Positions 44,098 through 53,597 are shown, counted from the first letter of the stretch. The stretch: DNA of 64,000 bases from an uncultured Chloroflexia bacterium (GCA_963814375.1 CAWFCQ010000005.1:128304-192303); one strand, 5' to 3'. The notes: generated by a model from the letters alone, not told the origin. Numbers and translations are program-made.

Positions 44098-45283
44098 ATG
44101 CGACACATCGACGACGCGGAGCGCCGCGCACGCATCGCACAGCGGCACGGCATCGCGCCGGGGCGGCGCCTCCCCGACATCCTGGCCGCGACCGAGGCGA
44201 TGACCGTGCTGCACGCGACCGAGCACGCCACGGTGTACCTGTCGCTGGCGGCGCGGGTCGAGGGCTTGCGCGTCACCGATGTCGACGCGGCCCTGTACGA
44301 GGACCGCAGCCTCGTCAAGCAGCTCGCCATGCGGCGCACGCTGTTCGCGTTCCCACGGGCCCTGCTGGGTGCGGCGCTCGGCAGCGCCTCCGCCCGCGTG
44401 GCCGAGCAGGAGCGCCGGCGGCTCGCCAAGGCCGTGGTCCTCTCCGGGATCTCGGAGGATGGCGAGGCATGGCTGGAAGCGGCCTGCGCGGCCATCCTCG
44501 AGCGGCTCGCATCCGGTGACGCCATCGGCATGCGCGAGCTGCGCGCGTCGGTGCCAATGGTCGCAGGCACCGTGACGTCCTCGCCGGGCAGCCGATGGGG
44601 TGGCGAGGCCCCGATCGCGCCACGGCTCGTCACCTACCTCGGCGCGCTGGGCCTCGTCGCGCGCGGCCGGAATGCCGGGCACTGGAGGATCGCGCGCCCG
44701 ACCTGGACGCTCATGTCGCGCTGGCTGGACGAGCCGCCGGCACCAGCATCGGCGGGAGACGGCTATGCCGAGCTCGTGCGCCGATGGCTGCAGGACGTTC
44801 GGGCCGGGGACCGAGGAAGACGTGCGGTGGTGGCTGGGCGGCACGCTCGGTGCCGTGCGGGGTGCCCTCGCGGAGGTTGAGGCCGTGCAGGTCTCGCTGG
44901 ACGGCGGCGGAACGGGCTGGGTGCTGCCCGACGATGTCGAGCCCGTCGCCGGCGACGAGCCGTGGGCCGCGCTGCTCCCGGTGCTCGACGCGACGACCAT
45001 GGGATGGAAGGAGCGTGGCTTCTACCTCGGGTCGTACGCGCCGCAGCTGTTCGACAGTGTCGGCAACGGTGGCACGACGGCGTGGTGGAACGGGCGCATC
45101 GTGGGCTGCTGGATCCAGGATCCCGATGCATCGGTCCGCGTGGTCCTGCTCGAGGATGTCTCCGCCGACGCGAGGCGTGCCCTCCAGGTGGAGGCCGATC
45201 GGCTGACCGCGTGGCTCGACGGGGTGCAGATCGCGACCGTCTACAGCGCGGCGGCGATGCGGGCGGCGCGCTCGGAGGGCTAG
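44098..45283 (+). CDS. Winged-helix DNA glycosylase-like protein (YcaQ/AlkZ, DUF1006 family); +1-nt frame disruption near 44794
   Basis: MRHIDDAERRARIAQRHG...LHATEHATVYLSLAARV... in one frame. After ...YAELVRRWLQ the sense continues in the next frame: TFGPGTEEDVRWWLGGTLGAV...WKERGFYLG...NGGTTAWWNGRIVGCW. Length is 3n+1. Confidence 0.65.
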
Positions 45284-47394
45284 GCCTGCTCCCGATGCGC
45301 CTCCATGGGCACGACGTTGTCGGGGTACTTGATCCGGGAGTGATACATCCCCAGCAGCTGCCCGACGAAGGCGTCCTTGATCTGGGCGATGTTCTTCAAC
45401 GTCAGCTCGGCATCGTCGAGCTGGCCATCACCCACCCTGCCGTCGACGATGCGGTCGACCATGTCGCGGATGCTCTCCTCGTCCTTCTCGTCGAGCGAGC
45501 GCACCGAGGCCTCGACCCCGTCGGCGAGCATGATGATCGCGGCCTCGCGGCTCTGCGGCTTCGGCCCGGGATAGCGGTAGATCCGCTCGTCGAGCATGTC
45601 GTTGCGACCGCCGATCTCGCGCAGCGCCTTGTCGTGGAAGTAGCTCATCACGCTCGTCCCGTGGTGCTGCGGGATGAAGCCGATGATCTGGACCGGCAGC
45701 CCATGCTCGTAGCCGAGGTCGATCCCGTCGCGGATGTGGCCCGCGATGATGCGGGCGCTCGTCTCGGCCGGCAGGTCGTCGTGGATGTTGTGGGCACCGG
45801 CCTGGTTCTCGATGAAGGCGAGCGGATTCTTCATCTTGCCGATGTCGTGGTAGTAGGCCGCCACCCGCGCCAGGAGCGGATCGGCGCCGATGGTCTCCGC
45901 CGCGCGCTCGGCGAGGTTGCCGACCATCACGCTGTGGTGGTAGGTGCCGGGCGTCTCGAGCAGGAGCCGGCGCAGCAGCCGGTTCGACGGGTTGGCCAGC
46001 TCGAGCATCTGGAACACCGTCATGATCCCGAACACGTTGCCGAGCACGGCGAAGCTTCCGGCCGCCAGCACGACCGACAGGACGGCGTTGAGGAGACCGA
46101 CGCCCGCGAGCTGGAGGATCGCCGCCACGTCGCGCTGCTCGAGCAGGCTGAACGCGAGGACGACGGCGACGTTGACGCACGCCAGCACCACGAAGACGCG
46201 GACGAAGGCGTTGAGCCGCTCGGCGCGGGTGATTGCCAGCAGCACGGCCAGCCCGCCGGCAAGGACGTACACGGTCAGCTCGAGCGCATCGCGGTTCATG
46301 ATCCCGGCCAGCACCGCCAGCGCCCCGGCCATCACGGCGCCCGCGCCGCTCTGGAGCAGGATGCCGATGAGCAGCACCGTGGCCGAGGTCGGCACCACGA
46401 AGGCGAGCAGGGTCCGATCGGCCGCGATCCGCATCGCAACGGCGCTGACGACCAGCCCGAGGAAGAAGAGCAGCACCGACCGGTTGCGGTGCCAGATCAG
46501 CGGCTCGAACCGCCACAGGTAGCCGACCAGCAGCCCTGCCACGAGGATGGCGACCAGGGCATGGCCGACGACGGTGGCGACCTCGACGACCGGCCGAGTC
46601 AGGCCGAGCGCGTCGAGCATCTCGAACTGCTCGACGGTGATGGGATCGCCCTCGTCGACGATGCGCTGGCCGGTCTGGAGCTCCACCACCACCGGCGGCA
46701 CCGCGGCGCGAGCCTCGTCCTCCTGCTGGGCGGTGAGCGCCTCGTTGATCTGCTCCGTGGCGGCGACCTGCGCGACCGCCAGCGCGCCGGCCAGGGATCG
46801 CTCGACGTCGACGAGGTCGGTGGTGACGAGGTTCCTGGCCTGGTCGCGCACGGCGGGCAGGTCGGCCTCGCTGATCGGATTGGCCAGCGTCGCCTCGAGC
46901 GCCATGCGGCCGGCGGCCGCGATGGCATCCCAACGCTCCGCCGCAAGCTCGGCCACCACGCCGCGTTCGAGGAACGGGATCTCGGGGGTATCGGCCGCCA
47001 GGCGGACGAGGACCTCCTCGGCGGCAAGGGTGCCTTCGTCGCGGAGCGCGAGCACCCGCGCAACTCGCCGCGACATCGTGTCGAAGGCGCGGAGCTGGTC
47101 CTCCTGGTTGTCGGTCGGCGACTTGATCGTCTCGGTGATGGGCGTCTGGTTGGCCGCCGCCTCGTCACGCGCGGCCTCGGTCAGGCTGGCCGAGTCGAAG
47201 GCGACATCGCGCTGGGCACGGATGTCGCGGGGCGCGATCTCGCCGACCTCGAGGTTCTCCTGGCCGACCGTGATGTTCGCGGACAGGATCAGGAAGAGCG
47301 CCGTGGCCACGATGGCCGTGATGACCGCGGCGCGGGCGAGCGCGGTCTGACCCGCATGCCCGTTCTGCTCGGCCAGGGTCCGCGTGATGAACAT
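45280..47394 (-). CDS. 7TM-receptor / HD-domain phosphohydrolase (YqfF/PgpH-like)
   Basis: 704 aa: extracytoplasmic N-domain, 7 TM segments, then TPGTYHHSVMVGNLAERAAE...AYYHDIGKM (HD/HDIG). Sits in the conserved yqeY-(7TM-HD)-ybeY context. Confidence 0.85.
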   Translation of the reverse strand: MFITRTLAEQNGHAGQTALARAAVITAIVATALFLILSANITVGQENLEVGEIAPRDIRAQRDVAFDSASLTEAARDEAAANQTPITETIKSPTDNQEDQLRAFDTMSRRVARVLALRDEGTLAAEEVLVRLAADTPEIPFLERGVVAELAAERWDAIAAAGRMALEATLANPISEADLPAVRDQARNLVTTDLVDVERSLAGALAVAQVAATEQINEALTAQQEDEARAAVPPVVVELQTGQRIVDEGDPITVEQFEMLDALGLTRPVVEVATVVGHALVAILVAGLLVGYLWRFEPLIWHRNRSVLLFFLGLVVSAVAMRIAADRTLLAFVVPTSATVLLIGILLQSGAGAVMAGALAVLAGIMNRDALELTVYVLAGGLAVLLAITRAERLNAFVRVFVVLACVNVAVVLAFSLLEQRDVAAILQLAGVGLLNAVLSVVLAAGSFAVLGNVFGIMTVFQMLELANPSNRLLRRLLLETPGTYHHSVMVGNLAERAAETIGADPLLARVAAYYHDIGKMKNPLAFIENQAGAHNIHDDLPAETSARIIAGHIRDGIDLGYEHGLPVQIIGFIPQHHGTSVMSYFHDKALREIGGRNDMLDERIYRYPGPKPQSREAAIIMLADGVEASVRSLDEKDEESIRDMVDRIVDGRVGDGQLDDAELTLKNIAQIKDAFVGQLLGMYHSRIKYPDNVVPMEAHREQA

Positions 47395-47395
47395 C

Positions 47396-47842
47396 TCAGG
47401 CGCTCCCCAGCAGGCGGCGCACCACCTCGCTCACCAGCCGCCCGTCGGCACGACCCTTCGTCTGCGGCGAGAGCCGGCCCATGACGCGGCCCAGGTCGGC
47501 CGGGCCTGCGCCGGTCTCGGCGATCGCGGCGCGCGCCATCTCCTCGACCTCGGACTCGGTCAGCTGCTGCGGCAGGAACTCGGCGAGGATGGCGGCCTCG
47601 GCCTCCTCGGTCGCCGCCCGGTCCTCGCGTCCCGCGTCGCGGAAGGCGGTGATGCTCTCACGGCGCTGCTTGACCTGGCGTGCGACCACATCGACGACCT
47701 CCTCGTCGGTGAGGTCGCGACCACGAGCGATGCGCTGGTTCTGGGCGGCGGCCATCGCCATCCGCAGCGTCTGCGTGCGCAGCTCGTCGCGAGCGCGCAT
47801 GGCATCACGCATGGCGGACTCGATCCGCTCCAGGAGCGTCAT
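47396..47842 (-). CDS. GatB/YqeY domain protein
   Basis: 148 aa: MTLLERIESAMRDAMRARDELRTQTLRM...EEVVDVVARQVKQRRESITAF...GRVMGRLSPQTKGRADG. Confidence 0.85.
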   Translation of the reverse strand: MTLLERIESAMRDAMRARDELRTQTLRMAMAAAQNQRIARGRDLTDEEVVDVVARQVKQRRESITAFRDAGREDRAATEEAEAAILAEFLPQQLTESEVEEMARAAIAETGAGPADLGRVMGRLSPQTKGRADGRLVSEVVRRLLGSA

Positions 47843-47924
47843 GAATGGATCGGTCTCGGCAACATCGGTCTCGCTGGATCCTCCGCTGCGCCGCGATCGG
47901 TTCGGTTGAAGGGCTTGCGTCTGG

Positions 47925-48104
47925 CTACGCGCGCGAGGTTGCCTTGCGCTTCTTGGCTTCCTTGCGCTTGCGCTTCACGCTGGGCTTCTCGTAGTGCTCA
48001 CGGCGTCGTGCCTCGGCCAGGATTCCCGACTGCTGGATCTTCTTGTTGAAGCGACGCAGCGCGCTCTCGAACGTCTCGTTCTCGCCCACGCGAACTTCTG
48101 CCAA
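47925..48104 (-). CDS. rpsU: 30S ribosomal protein S21 (59 aa)
   Basis: TTG 48104 with GAAGGAGG 8 nt upstream gives (M)[41 protein letters not shown]... The longer tracked ORF start is implausible. Confidence 0.9.
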   Translation of the reverse strand: MAEVRVGENETFESALRRFNKKIQQSGILAEARRREHYEKPSVKRKRKEAKKRKATSRA

Positions 48105-48183
48105 ACGTCTCGCCTCCTTCCCGCTCGAATTTCGCGCCCTTCGTATCGATGGCGACCAGGCCGCCGGGCACGCAAGCCGGTGC

Positions 48184-48212
48184 AGGGTAGCAGCGGGTCC
48201 GATGAGGGTCAA
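48184..48212 (-). promoter_or_regulatory. Candidate sigma-70-type promoter for rpsU
   Basis: Minus strand TTGACC (48212-48207), a 17-nt spacer, then TACCCT (48189-48184), about 75 nt upstream of the rpsU start. Confidence 0.4.
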
Positions 48213-48244
48213 TCGAGGCCACTCAGCGGCGAAGCGCGCTGAAA

Positions 48245-48260
48245 GTATATACGTATATAC
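48245..48260. repeat. AT-rich tandem self-complementary octamer GTATATAC x2
   Basis: GTATATACGTATATAC reads identically on both strands. It sits 12 nt after the amidohydrolase stop and about 33 nt upstream of the candidate rpsU -35. It is among the most AT-rich 16-mers I noticed in the window. Confidence 0.6.
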
Positions 48261-48272
48261 GCCGCAGGGCAG

Positions 48273-49663
48273 TCAGTCCTCTCCGCAGACCTCGGAGTCG
48301 GAGCAATGGACGACGATGCCATTCACGATCGTGGCGATGACTTCCATCCCCCGGATCTCGTCGGGAGTGGCGTCGAGCACGTCGCCGGAGAGGATGGTGA
48401 CGTCGCCGAGCGTGCCTGGGGCCAGGTGGCCGCGTCGCTCTTCGTCGCCGAGGGCGTATGCAGCGTCCACGGTTGCGGCGCGCAGGCCCTCCTCCGCGGT
48501 CAGGAGCTGATCGGTCATCCACTCCGGGGTCTCCGGGAACGCCCGACCACGACCGTCCATGCCGCCCGCGATCTGATCCACGGGCCGGCCGATGTCATCG
48601 GTCAGGACGAAGTCCGGGAAGAACCATGGCGCGTCGGTTGCCCCGGCGACGTGCAGGCCGGCGTCTACGAAGTCCCTCCAGCGGCCGAGCCAGCCGATCT
48701 GTCCGGACGGGTAGTCGGCGCCACGGCCCATGTAGTCATTCCACAGGACCCAGTCGACCGTGCCGCCGTCGGGGTGGACGACGGGGACCAGGTCCATGGC
48801 GACCATGCGATCGAGCTGGGCGTCGGAAACCTCGAGGGCGTGGTCGATCCGGTGGTGGAGCGGGTTCGGGCCCGTGGAGCCGATGGCCGCCTCGAACGCG
48901 TCGAGGGCCAGATCCTCGGCCTCGGTGCTGACCGTGTGGACCGAGACCTGCCAGCCCGCCTCGTCCGCGCGGCCGATGGTCGACGTCAGGTCGGCGGGCT
49001 CCCAGTTGATGATCTCGCCCGCACCATCGTCGAGATGGATCTTGAGCCCCTGGACGCGCAAGTGGTCGCCCACCGAGCCGCGCTCGTGGTCGGCGTACCA
49101 GTCGCCGAAGAACTCGTCGCCGAAGTTCAGGGCGAGATAGGCGTCGACATGAATCGGGAGGCCGTCGGCAGCGGCGAGGGCCGTGAGCTCATCGAGGCGC
49201 TCCGGGTTGACCCACTGCTCGGCGATCGAGGTCCAGCCGCGGCTGACGGCCGCCTCCATGGCTTCCTCCGGTGAGTCGAGGCCGTAGTAGTCGCGGTCCC
49301 CGATCCAGTGCGCATGCGCGTCGATGAATCCCGGGTAGGCAACGCCCGAGCCGATGTCGACGACCGGCACCTCGTCGCCGGCCAGCGCCATCACCTCGTC
49401 CCGCGTGCCGATGCAGGTCACGAGGCCCGCTTCGATGAGGAGCGCCTCCGCAACGGCCGGATCGTCCATCGTCACGATCCTGCCCACGAGGACGAGGCTG
49501 CCTCCCTCGGAATCGGTGGCGCTGGCGGCGTCAGTGGGTGCCGGGGAGGCTCGCGCCGGAGCAGGAGGGCGACGCGGCCGTGCCTGGAGCGCAGGCCGTC
49601 GCCACGAGAGCAACGGCCAGGAGCAGGGGCGCGATGACGAACGGCGGGTTCACGCAGACCGAT
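48273..49663 (-). CDS. Amidohydrolase-family (YtcJ-like) lipoprotein; signal peptide lies in a different frame from the mature protein
   Basis: Mature part: ...VAYPGFIDAHAHW..., ...LKIHLDDG..., ...VSVHTV..., HHRIDHA. GTG 49663 with GAAAGGAA upstream encodes (M)NPPFVIAPLLLAVALVATAC (lipobox) in another frame, which hits TGA at 49533-49531. A frame change is needed between 49534 and 49597. Confidence 0.75.
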
Positions 49664-49746
49664 TCCTTTCGAGGTAGTCAACCGTACGGAGCCGGCGGGT
49701 CGGATCCCTCGTCAGGCAGCCCGGGCGGAACCGACCTCGCATCACT

Positions 49747-49776
49747 GAGAGCGTCCGACGGGAGCGGTTTTGTTCA
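49747..49776 (-). promoter_or_regulatory. ECF-type promoter-like motif, copy c (upstream of the amidohydrolase gene)
   Basis: Minus strand ATTGAACA-N14-GGACGCTCTC, the same pattern as upstream of two ECF sigma genes in this window. About 85 nt upstream of GTG 49663. Confidence 0.45.
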
Positions 49777-49777
49777 A

Positions 49778-49816
49778 TCCCGGGCGAGAGAGCGGGCGGC
49801 CGTCGAGGCCGCCCGC
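49778..49816 (-). terminator. Intrinsic terminator-like hairpin, cassette copy 1
   Basis: GCGGGCGGCC-GTCGA-GGCCGCCCGC (49792-49816). On the transcribed strand it is followed by UCUCUCGCCC. Confidence 0.55.
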
Positions 49817-49819
49817 GCA

Positions 49820-50642
49820 TCGGTTTGGATCGCAGCGGCTCGAGGATGGAGCTCGGGCCTCGACGGCGTCCTCGGGATGCAGTTGCACCGTGGCGAGGAC
49901 CTCCTCGAACCATGCCCTGTCGTAGGGAGCGACGGCGAGTGGGTCGTCGCCAGCCGTATAGAGCTGGATCCAGTAGCCGCGGCCAGCGGTTGTGACGACC
50001 GCCACGTTGCAGTCGTCGGCCGATCAGTCCGGTGCCGCCGTCGACGGTGATCGGCTCGGTCGTCGTGCACCCCTCGTCGCTCGCCATCTGCTCGGGCGAC
50101 CCAATCCTCGGGCGTGGAATCGCCGATCGGCTGCGAGGCGATGGCCAGGAACAGGTCGTGCGTCAGGATCGGGTCGTGCGAGCCAGTCGGCATGGGGCGC
50201 CGCAAAGACGAGGGGAAACGTGCTATCCGTCCAGGGCCGGTCGCCGCTTGAGCGGTCCATCCCTCGGGGTACGACAGTGAGATCCCGTGCTGCGTCGAGG
50301 TGAAGCTCTGGGTCAGCGGCGGAGCGGATGCGGGCGGCGACGCGGATGGTTCGGGCGTGGCGGTCGGCTCAGGGCGTCGGCGGTCGGCTGAGAGCCCACT
50401 CCACCGCTCGGCGAACCGAACAGCTGTGCGCCAACGAAGAGGAGGACGACCACGGCGGCAGCGCCAAGGCCGATGGTGACGATCTTGTTCATCTCGGGAA
50501 GCCTCCACGGGCCGATGACGACCCGTTGTCCTGTCTGTTCAGTGCGATCGCGAACCGCGTCGAACGACTCGTAGGGCAGCTCGTCCGGGCCGTCCCGAAG
50601 GAAGTCGTTGAGCTGTCGATCGAGGTCGTCGTGCGCGGTCAT
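49820..50642 (-). pseudogene. Membrane partner of ECF sigma module 1; at least five frame changes; 3' end uncertain
   Basis: Starts ATGA-coupled to the sigma gene: MTAHDDLDRQLNDFLRDG...QRVVIGPWRLPEMNKIVTIGLGAAAVVVLLFVGAQLF. Sense then hops frames: ...PTATPEPSASPPASAPPLTQSFTSTQHGISLSYPEGWTAQAATGP|WTDSTFPLVFAAPHADWL|HDPILTHDLFLAIASQPIGDSTPEDWVA|MASDEGCTTTEPITVDGGTGLIG|VAVVTTAGRGYWIQLYTAGDDPLAVAPYDRAWFEEVLATVQLHPEDAVEA. Confidence 0.6.
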
Positions 50643-51193
50643 GCCATTCGCTCCTGGGATGTCGGGGGCGTCCGAGCCTCGGCATCGAGGCTGGCCCGGA
50701 GCGCCCGCTTGGCGTGGTGCATGCGGGACTTCACGGTCCCGAGGGGGATACCGATGCGAACCGCCACCTCGGGCAGCGGAAGCCCGAGGTAGTGGTGGAA
50801 GACCAGGACGGCGCGCTGCTGGACGGTGAGCCGTCGGAAGGCACGCTCGAGCTGGTCTCGGTTGTCGACGTTCGCGTACTCGTCAGGCCCGTGCACGGGC
50901 TCGACGGAGAGGACTCGGATGCCCTCCGACCACTGCCGGCGACGCTTTGCCTCTGCGTAGCAGGCGTTGGTCAGGATCCGGTGGAGCCATGGCTCGAAGC
51001 GCTGGGGGTCCCGCAGGGTGCGAAGTTCGCGCCAGGCGGTCAGCAGGGCCGATTGGACGGCGTCGTCAGCAAGGGCGAAATCGCGAAGGATCCTGAACGC
51101 GATCGCCATGCATCGGTCGCCGGTCAGGCGCGCCAAGGAATCGAAGGCCTCTCGATCGCCTCGCTTCGCCTGCTCGACCAGCTCTGCGTGCAC
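50639..51193 (-). CDS. ECF sigma factor, module 1 (184 aa from GTG 51193)
   Basis: ...AFDSLARLTGDRCMAIAFRILRD...DAVQSALLTAW..., region 4 LTVQQRAVLVFHHYLGLPLPEVAVRIGIPLGTVKSRMHHAKRAL. GTG chosen by homology with the module 3 start (GGAGGGG upstream). The ORF also allows ATG 51205. Confidence 0.85.
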   Translation of the reverse strand: MHAELVEQAKRGDREAFDSLARLTGDRCMAIAFRILRDFALADDAVQSALLTAWRELRTLRDPQRFEPWLHRILTNACYAEAKRRRQWSEGIRVLSVEPVHGPDEYANVDNRDQLERAFRRLTVQQRAVLVFHHYLGLPLPEVAVRIGIPLGTVKSRMHHAKRALRASLDAEARTPPTSQERMA

Positions 51194-51248
51194 CCACCCC
51201 TCCATCCATGGGGTTGCTGTCGCGCCCGATCTGAGCGTGATCGGACTG

Positions 51249-51276
51249 GAGAGTCCGGGGGCAGCCTATCGGTTCA
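51249..51276 (-). promoter_or_regulatory. ECF-type promoter-like motif, copy b (upstream of sigma module 1)
   Basis: Minus strand ATTGAACC-N14-GGACTCTC, about 45 nt upstream of the sigma start. Confidence 0.45.
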
Positions 51277-51277
51277 A

Positions 51278-51318
51278 TCCTGGCAAGAGAAAGGCGGGCG
51301 GCCAGCCTGGCCGCCCGC
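51278..51318 (-). terminator. Intrinsic terminator, cassette copy 2
   Basis: GCGGGCGGCCA-GCC-TGGCCGCCCGC (51294-51318). On the transcribed strand it is followed by CCUUUCUCUUGCC. Starts 24 nt after the module 2 partner stop. Confidence 0.65.
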
Positions 51319-51341
51319 GCATCGGTTCCGGGTCGGATCGG

Positions 51342-52309
51342 TCAGGGCGCCTCGAAGGTGGCCGACTCTGCGAGGGTCCGCAGCTCTTCGACGAGGTCGC
51401 CCGGCGTCGCCGGGCCGTACATCGCGTCGAGGATCACGATCGATCCGTCCACGTCGAGGATCCACAGCTCGTCGATCTGGCCCGGTCCTTGGTGGTTCCG
51501 CACCACGGCCTTCGCCTCGGTTCCGTAGCTGACGAACTGGTTCTCATCGCAATCGGCGAACTCTTCCTCCCGCGTCGCGTTTGGCAAATCGAACGTCATC
51601 GGAACCTGGAGCGTGATCGTCTTGCCGGCGAACCCGCCCACGGTGACGTCTTCGGGCGCGGTCGCGGTCTCGTCGCCCGGCCGGCCAGCCAAGGCCTCTG
51701 CGATCTCGTCGGGCGTGGTGGCGGGCGACTCGGGGATGCCTGTGGTCCACTGGCACGGATCTCCGTACACGTTGAACCCTGTCCCGGCTGGCCATGCCCA
51801 CCCGAGCAACGCAGCGCCGACAGTTTCTGGCGGGTCCAGGCCGTCGTCGTCCTTGCTAACGCGCATCGAATTCTGCAATGCGAACCATCCGGACGACGCG
51901 ATGTCGACCGTGATCTCCACGGCGTCAGCGCGTCGCCAGTGACGACGAACGGGCCCTGGGGCAGACCACCCCCGGCCGACGGCGTCGGACTCGGCTCCTG
52001 CGTCGGCTCCGGGGTTGCGCTGGCGGTCGGGTCAGCGCCCACACCGCCAGGGTCACCCGGCGAACTGAGAAGCTGGGCGCCAAGAAGAAGGACCACGACC
52101 ACGGCGGCAGCGCCGAGGCCGATGGTGACGAACTTGTTCATCTCGGGGAACCTCCGCGCCGGCCACCAGGTGGCGCGGCGCTGTGGGGTCGTTTCCGCCA
52201 GGTCCAGCACCGCCCCCGCGATGCGGGAGACGTCCTCGTGCCGATCCTCGTGGAGCCACGACCGGATGGCGCGGTTGACGTCCCGGTCGGAGGTCTTGAA
52301 ATCGGTCAT
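51342..52309 (-). CDS. Single-pass membrane partner of ECF sigma module 2 with uncharacterised extracytoplasmic domain; one frame disruption near 51923
   Basis: MTDFKTSDRDVNRAIRSWLHED...WWPARRFPEMNKFVTIGLGAAAVVVVLLLGAQLL, Pro/Thr linker, ...GPFVVTGDALT|VEITVDIASSGW...NVYGDPCQWTTG...HQGPGQIDELWILDVDGSIVILDAMYGPATPGDLVEELRTLAESATFEAP. Length is 3n+2. Confidence 0.7.
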
Positions 52310-52854
52310 CGAGCCACCTCCCGGGGCGTCGGCTGCGCGTCGGCGATGAGCGTCGAGCGCAGCTGCCGCGTCGCGTAATGCAATCTCGATCCCACCGTCC
52401 CGAGCGGCGCGCCGACGATGTCGGCGACCCGGTCGAGCGGCAGGTCCAGGTAGTGGTGCAGGACCACCACCGTCCGATGGTTCAGGGAAAGACTCCGAAA
52501 GGCACGCTCGAGCTGGTCGCGATCGACGACCGCGCTCGTGCCGTCGACCACCATCGGTTCGTCAACCGACAGCAGCCTCAGGTTCGGCGCCCAACGGCGG
52601 GACTTCCGGCCCTCGGCGTAGCAGGCGCGCACGAGGAGCCGATACGACCAGGCCTCGAAGCGGGCCGGGTCACGAAGCTGGGGAAGGTTCTGCCAGACAC
52701 CCAGCAGCGCCTGCTGCGTGGCGTCCTCGGCCAGGCCGATGTCGCTCAGGATCCGGTGCGACACCGCCAGGAACCGATCCGCGATGGCATAGACCAGGTC
52801 GGCAAATGCCTCCTGGTCGCCGCCCTGTGCACGTGTCACGAGATCGGGGTTCAT
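52306..52854 (-). CDS. ECF sigma factor, module 2 (182 aa)
   Basis: ...QEAFADLVYAIADRFLAVSHRIL...DATQQALLGVW..., region 4 LSLNHRTVVVLHHYLDLPLDRVADIVGAPLGTVGSRLHYATRQL. ATGA-coupled to its partner. Confidence 0.85.
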   Translation of the reverse strand: MNPDLVTRAQGGDQEAFADLVYAIADRFLAVSHRILSDIGLAEDATQQALLGVWQNLPQLRDPARFEAWSYRLLVRACYAEGRKSRRWAPNLRLLSVDEPMVVDGTSAVVDRDQLERAFRSLSLNHRTVVVLHHYLDLPLDRVADIVGAPLGTVGSRLHYATRQLRSTLIADAQPTPREVAR

Positions 52855-53049
52855 GTCCCTTCCAACGTTTACGGCGTCGGTTCAGACCGACGCTACATCC
52901 GGTATGGGCGAGATCCGGCCGGCTTTTTTCAAATGGGTCGCAAGCAGCTCGTCAGCGCGCGGCCTGGCCGCTTGGCGGGCAGGTATTCTGCCGTCCTATC
53001 CGCGGCGCCGTGGCGCCTGTGTGGCCACCCGAGCACGAGGACACACGCC

Positions 53050-53595
53050 GTGACGTCAGATCGCCGGACCGCGTCCCAAGCCTTCGTCGTGCTACTCCTC
53101 GCGGTGGTCGTCGCGGGTTGCGGGACCACGCTCGAGCCTTCGCCTTCGCTTTCGCCTTCGACGAGAGATGGCATGGCCGTCACGGATCTGTCCGCGATTG
53201 GATGCGCCGGGAACGATCCCGCAGACGAGGGCGAGCTGACGGGTGCCTGGGCGGGGAATGACACTGGCACGTACTACATCCGCCACGTCGGCGACTGCGT
53301 CTGGTGGTTCGGGACCGAGGTGAGAGATATCGCACCCGGTGCAACCGGCCAGCGAGGATTTGCGAACGTCGCCAGCGGGCGCATCGTTGGCACCCAGGTC
53401 GACCTCGAGTGGGCTGACGTTCCACTTGGGAGCACCGTCAACGGCGGGGGCCTCACGTTCATCTACGACGAAGAGCGCGGCGAGCTGACGCTCGCGGAGC
53501 AACGAGGCGGGATACCGTTCGGTGGCACGGTGCTCACTCGCATCGACCCGTCCGCGAGTCCCGCCGCGAGCCCGAGTCCGTCGGCAAGCCCATAG
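53050..53595 (+). CDS. Hypothetical lipoprotein (181 aa)
   Basis: GTG 53050. Signal peptide and lipobox VTSDRRTASQAFVVLLLAVVVAGC, then a Cys-containing globular part (...CAGNDPADEGELTGAWAGNDTGTYYIRHVGDCVWWFG...). Inner part of ORF 52378..53595. Confidence 0.55.
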   Translation: MTSDRRTASQAFVVLLLAVVVAGCGTTLEPSPSLSPSTRDGMAVTDLSAIGCAGNDPADEGELTGAWAGNDTGTYYIRHVGDCVWWFGTEVRDIAPGATGQRGFANVASGRIVGTQVDLEWADVPLGSTVNGGGLTFIYDEERGELTLAEQRGGIPFGGTVLTRIDPSASPAASPSPSASP

Positions 53596-53597
53596 GC

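Noticed and set aside
44962-47484. 840-aa plus-strand ORF
   Set aside because: Antisense to the 7TM-HD gene, whose own translation has clear TM and HD motifs. The same reasoning rejects 14832..16976 (+), 32578..34632 (+), 37136..39121 (+), 18218..20134 (+) and 16744..18120 (+).
49765-49785. GGTTCAATCC-like strings (also at 51270-51279) that resemble a tRNA T-arm
   Set aside because: No acceptor, D or anticodon stems can be built around them. On the opposite strand they read as the TGAAC -35-like element of the repeated promoter motif.
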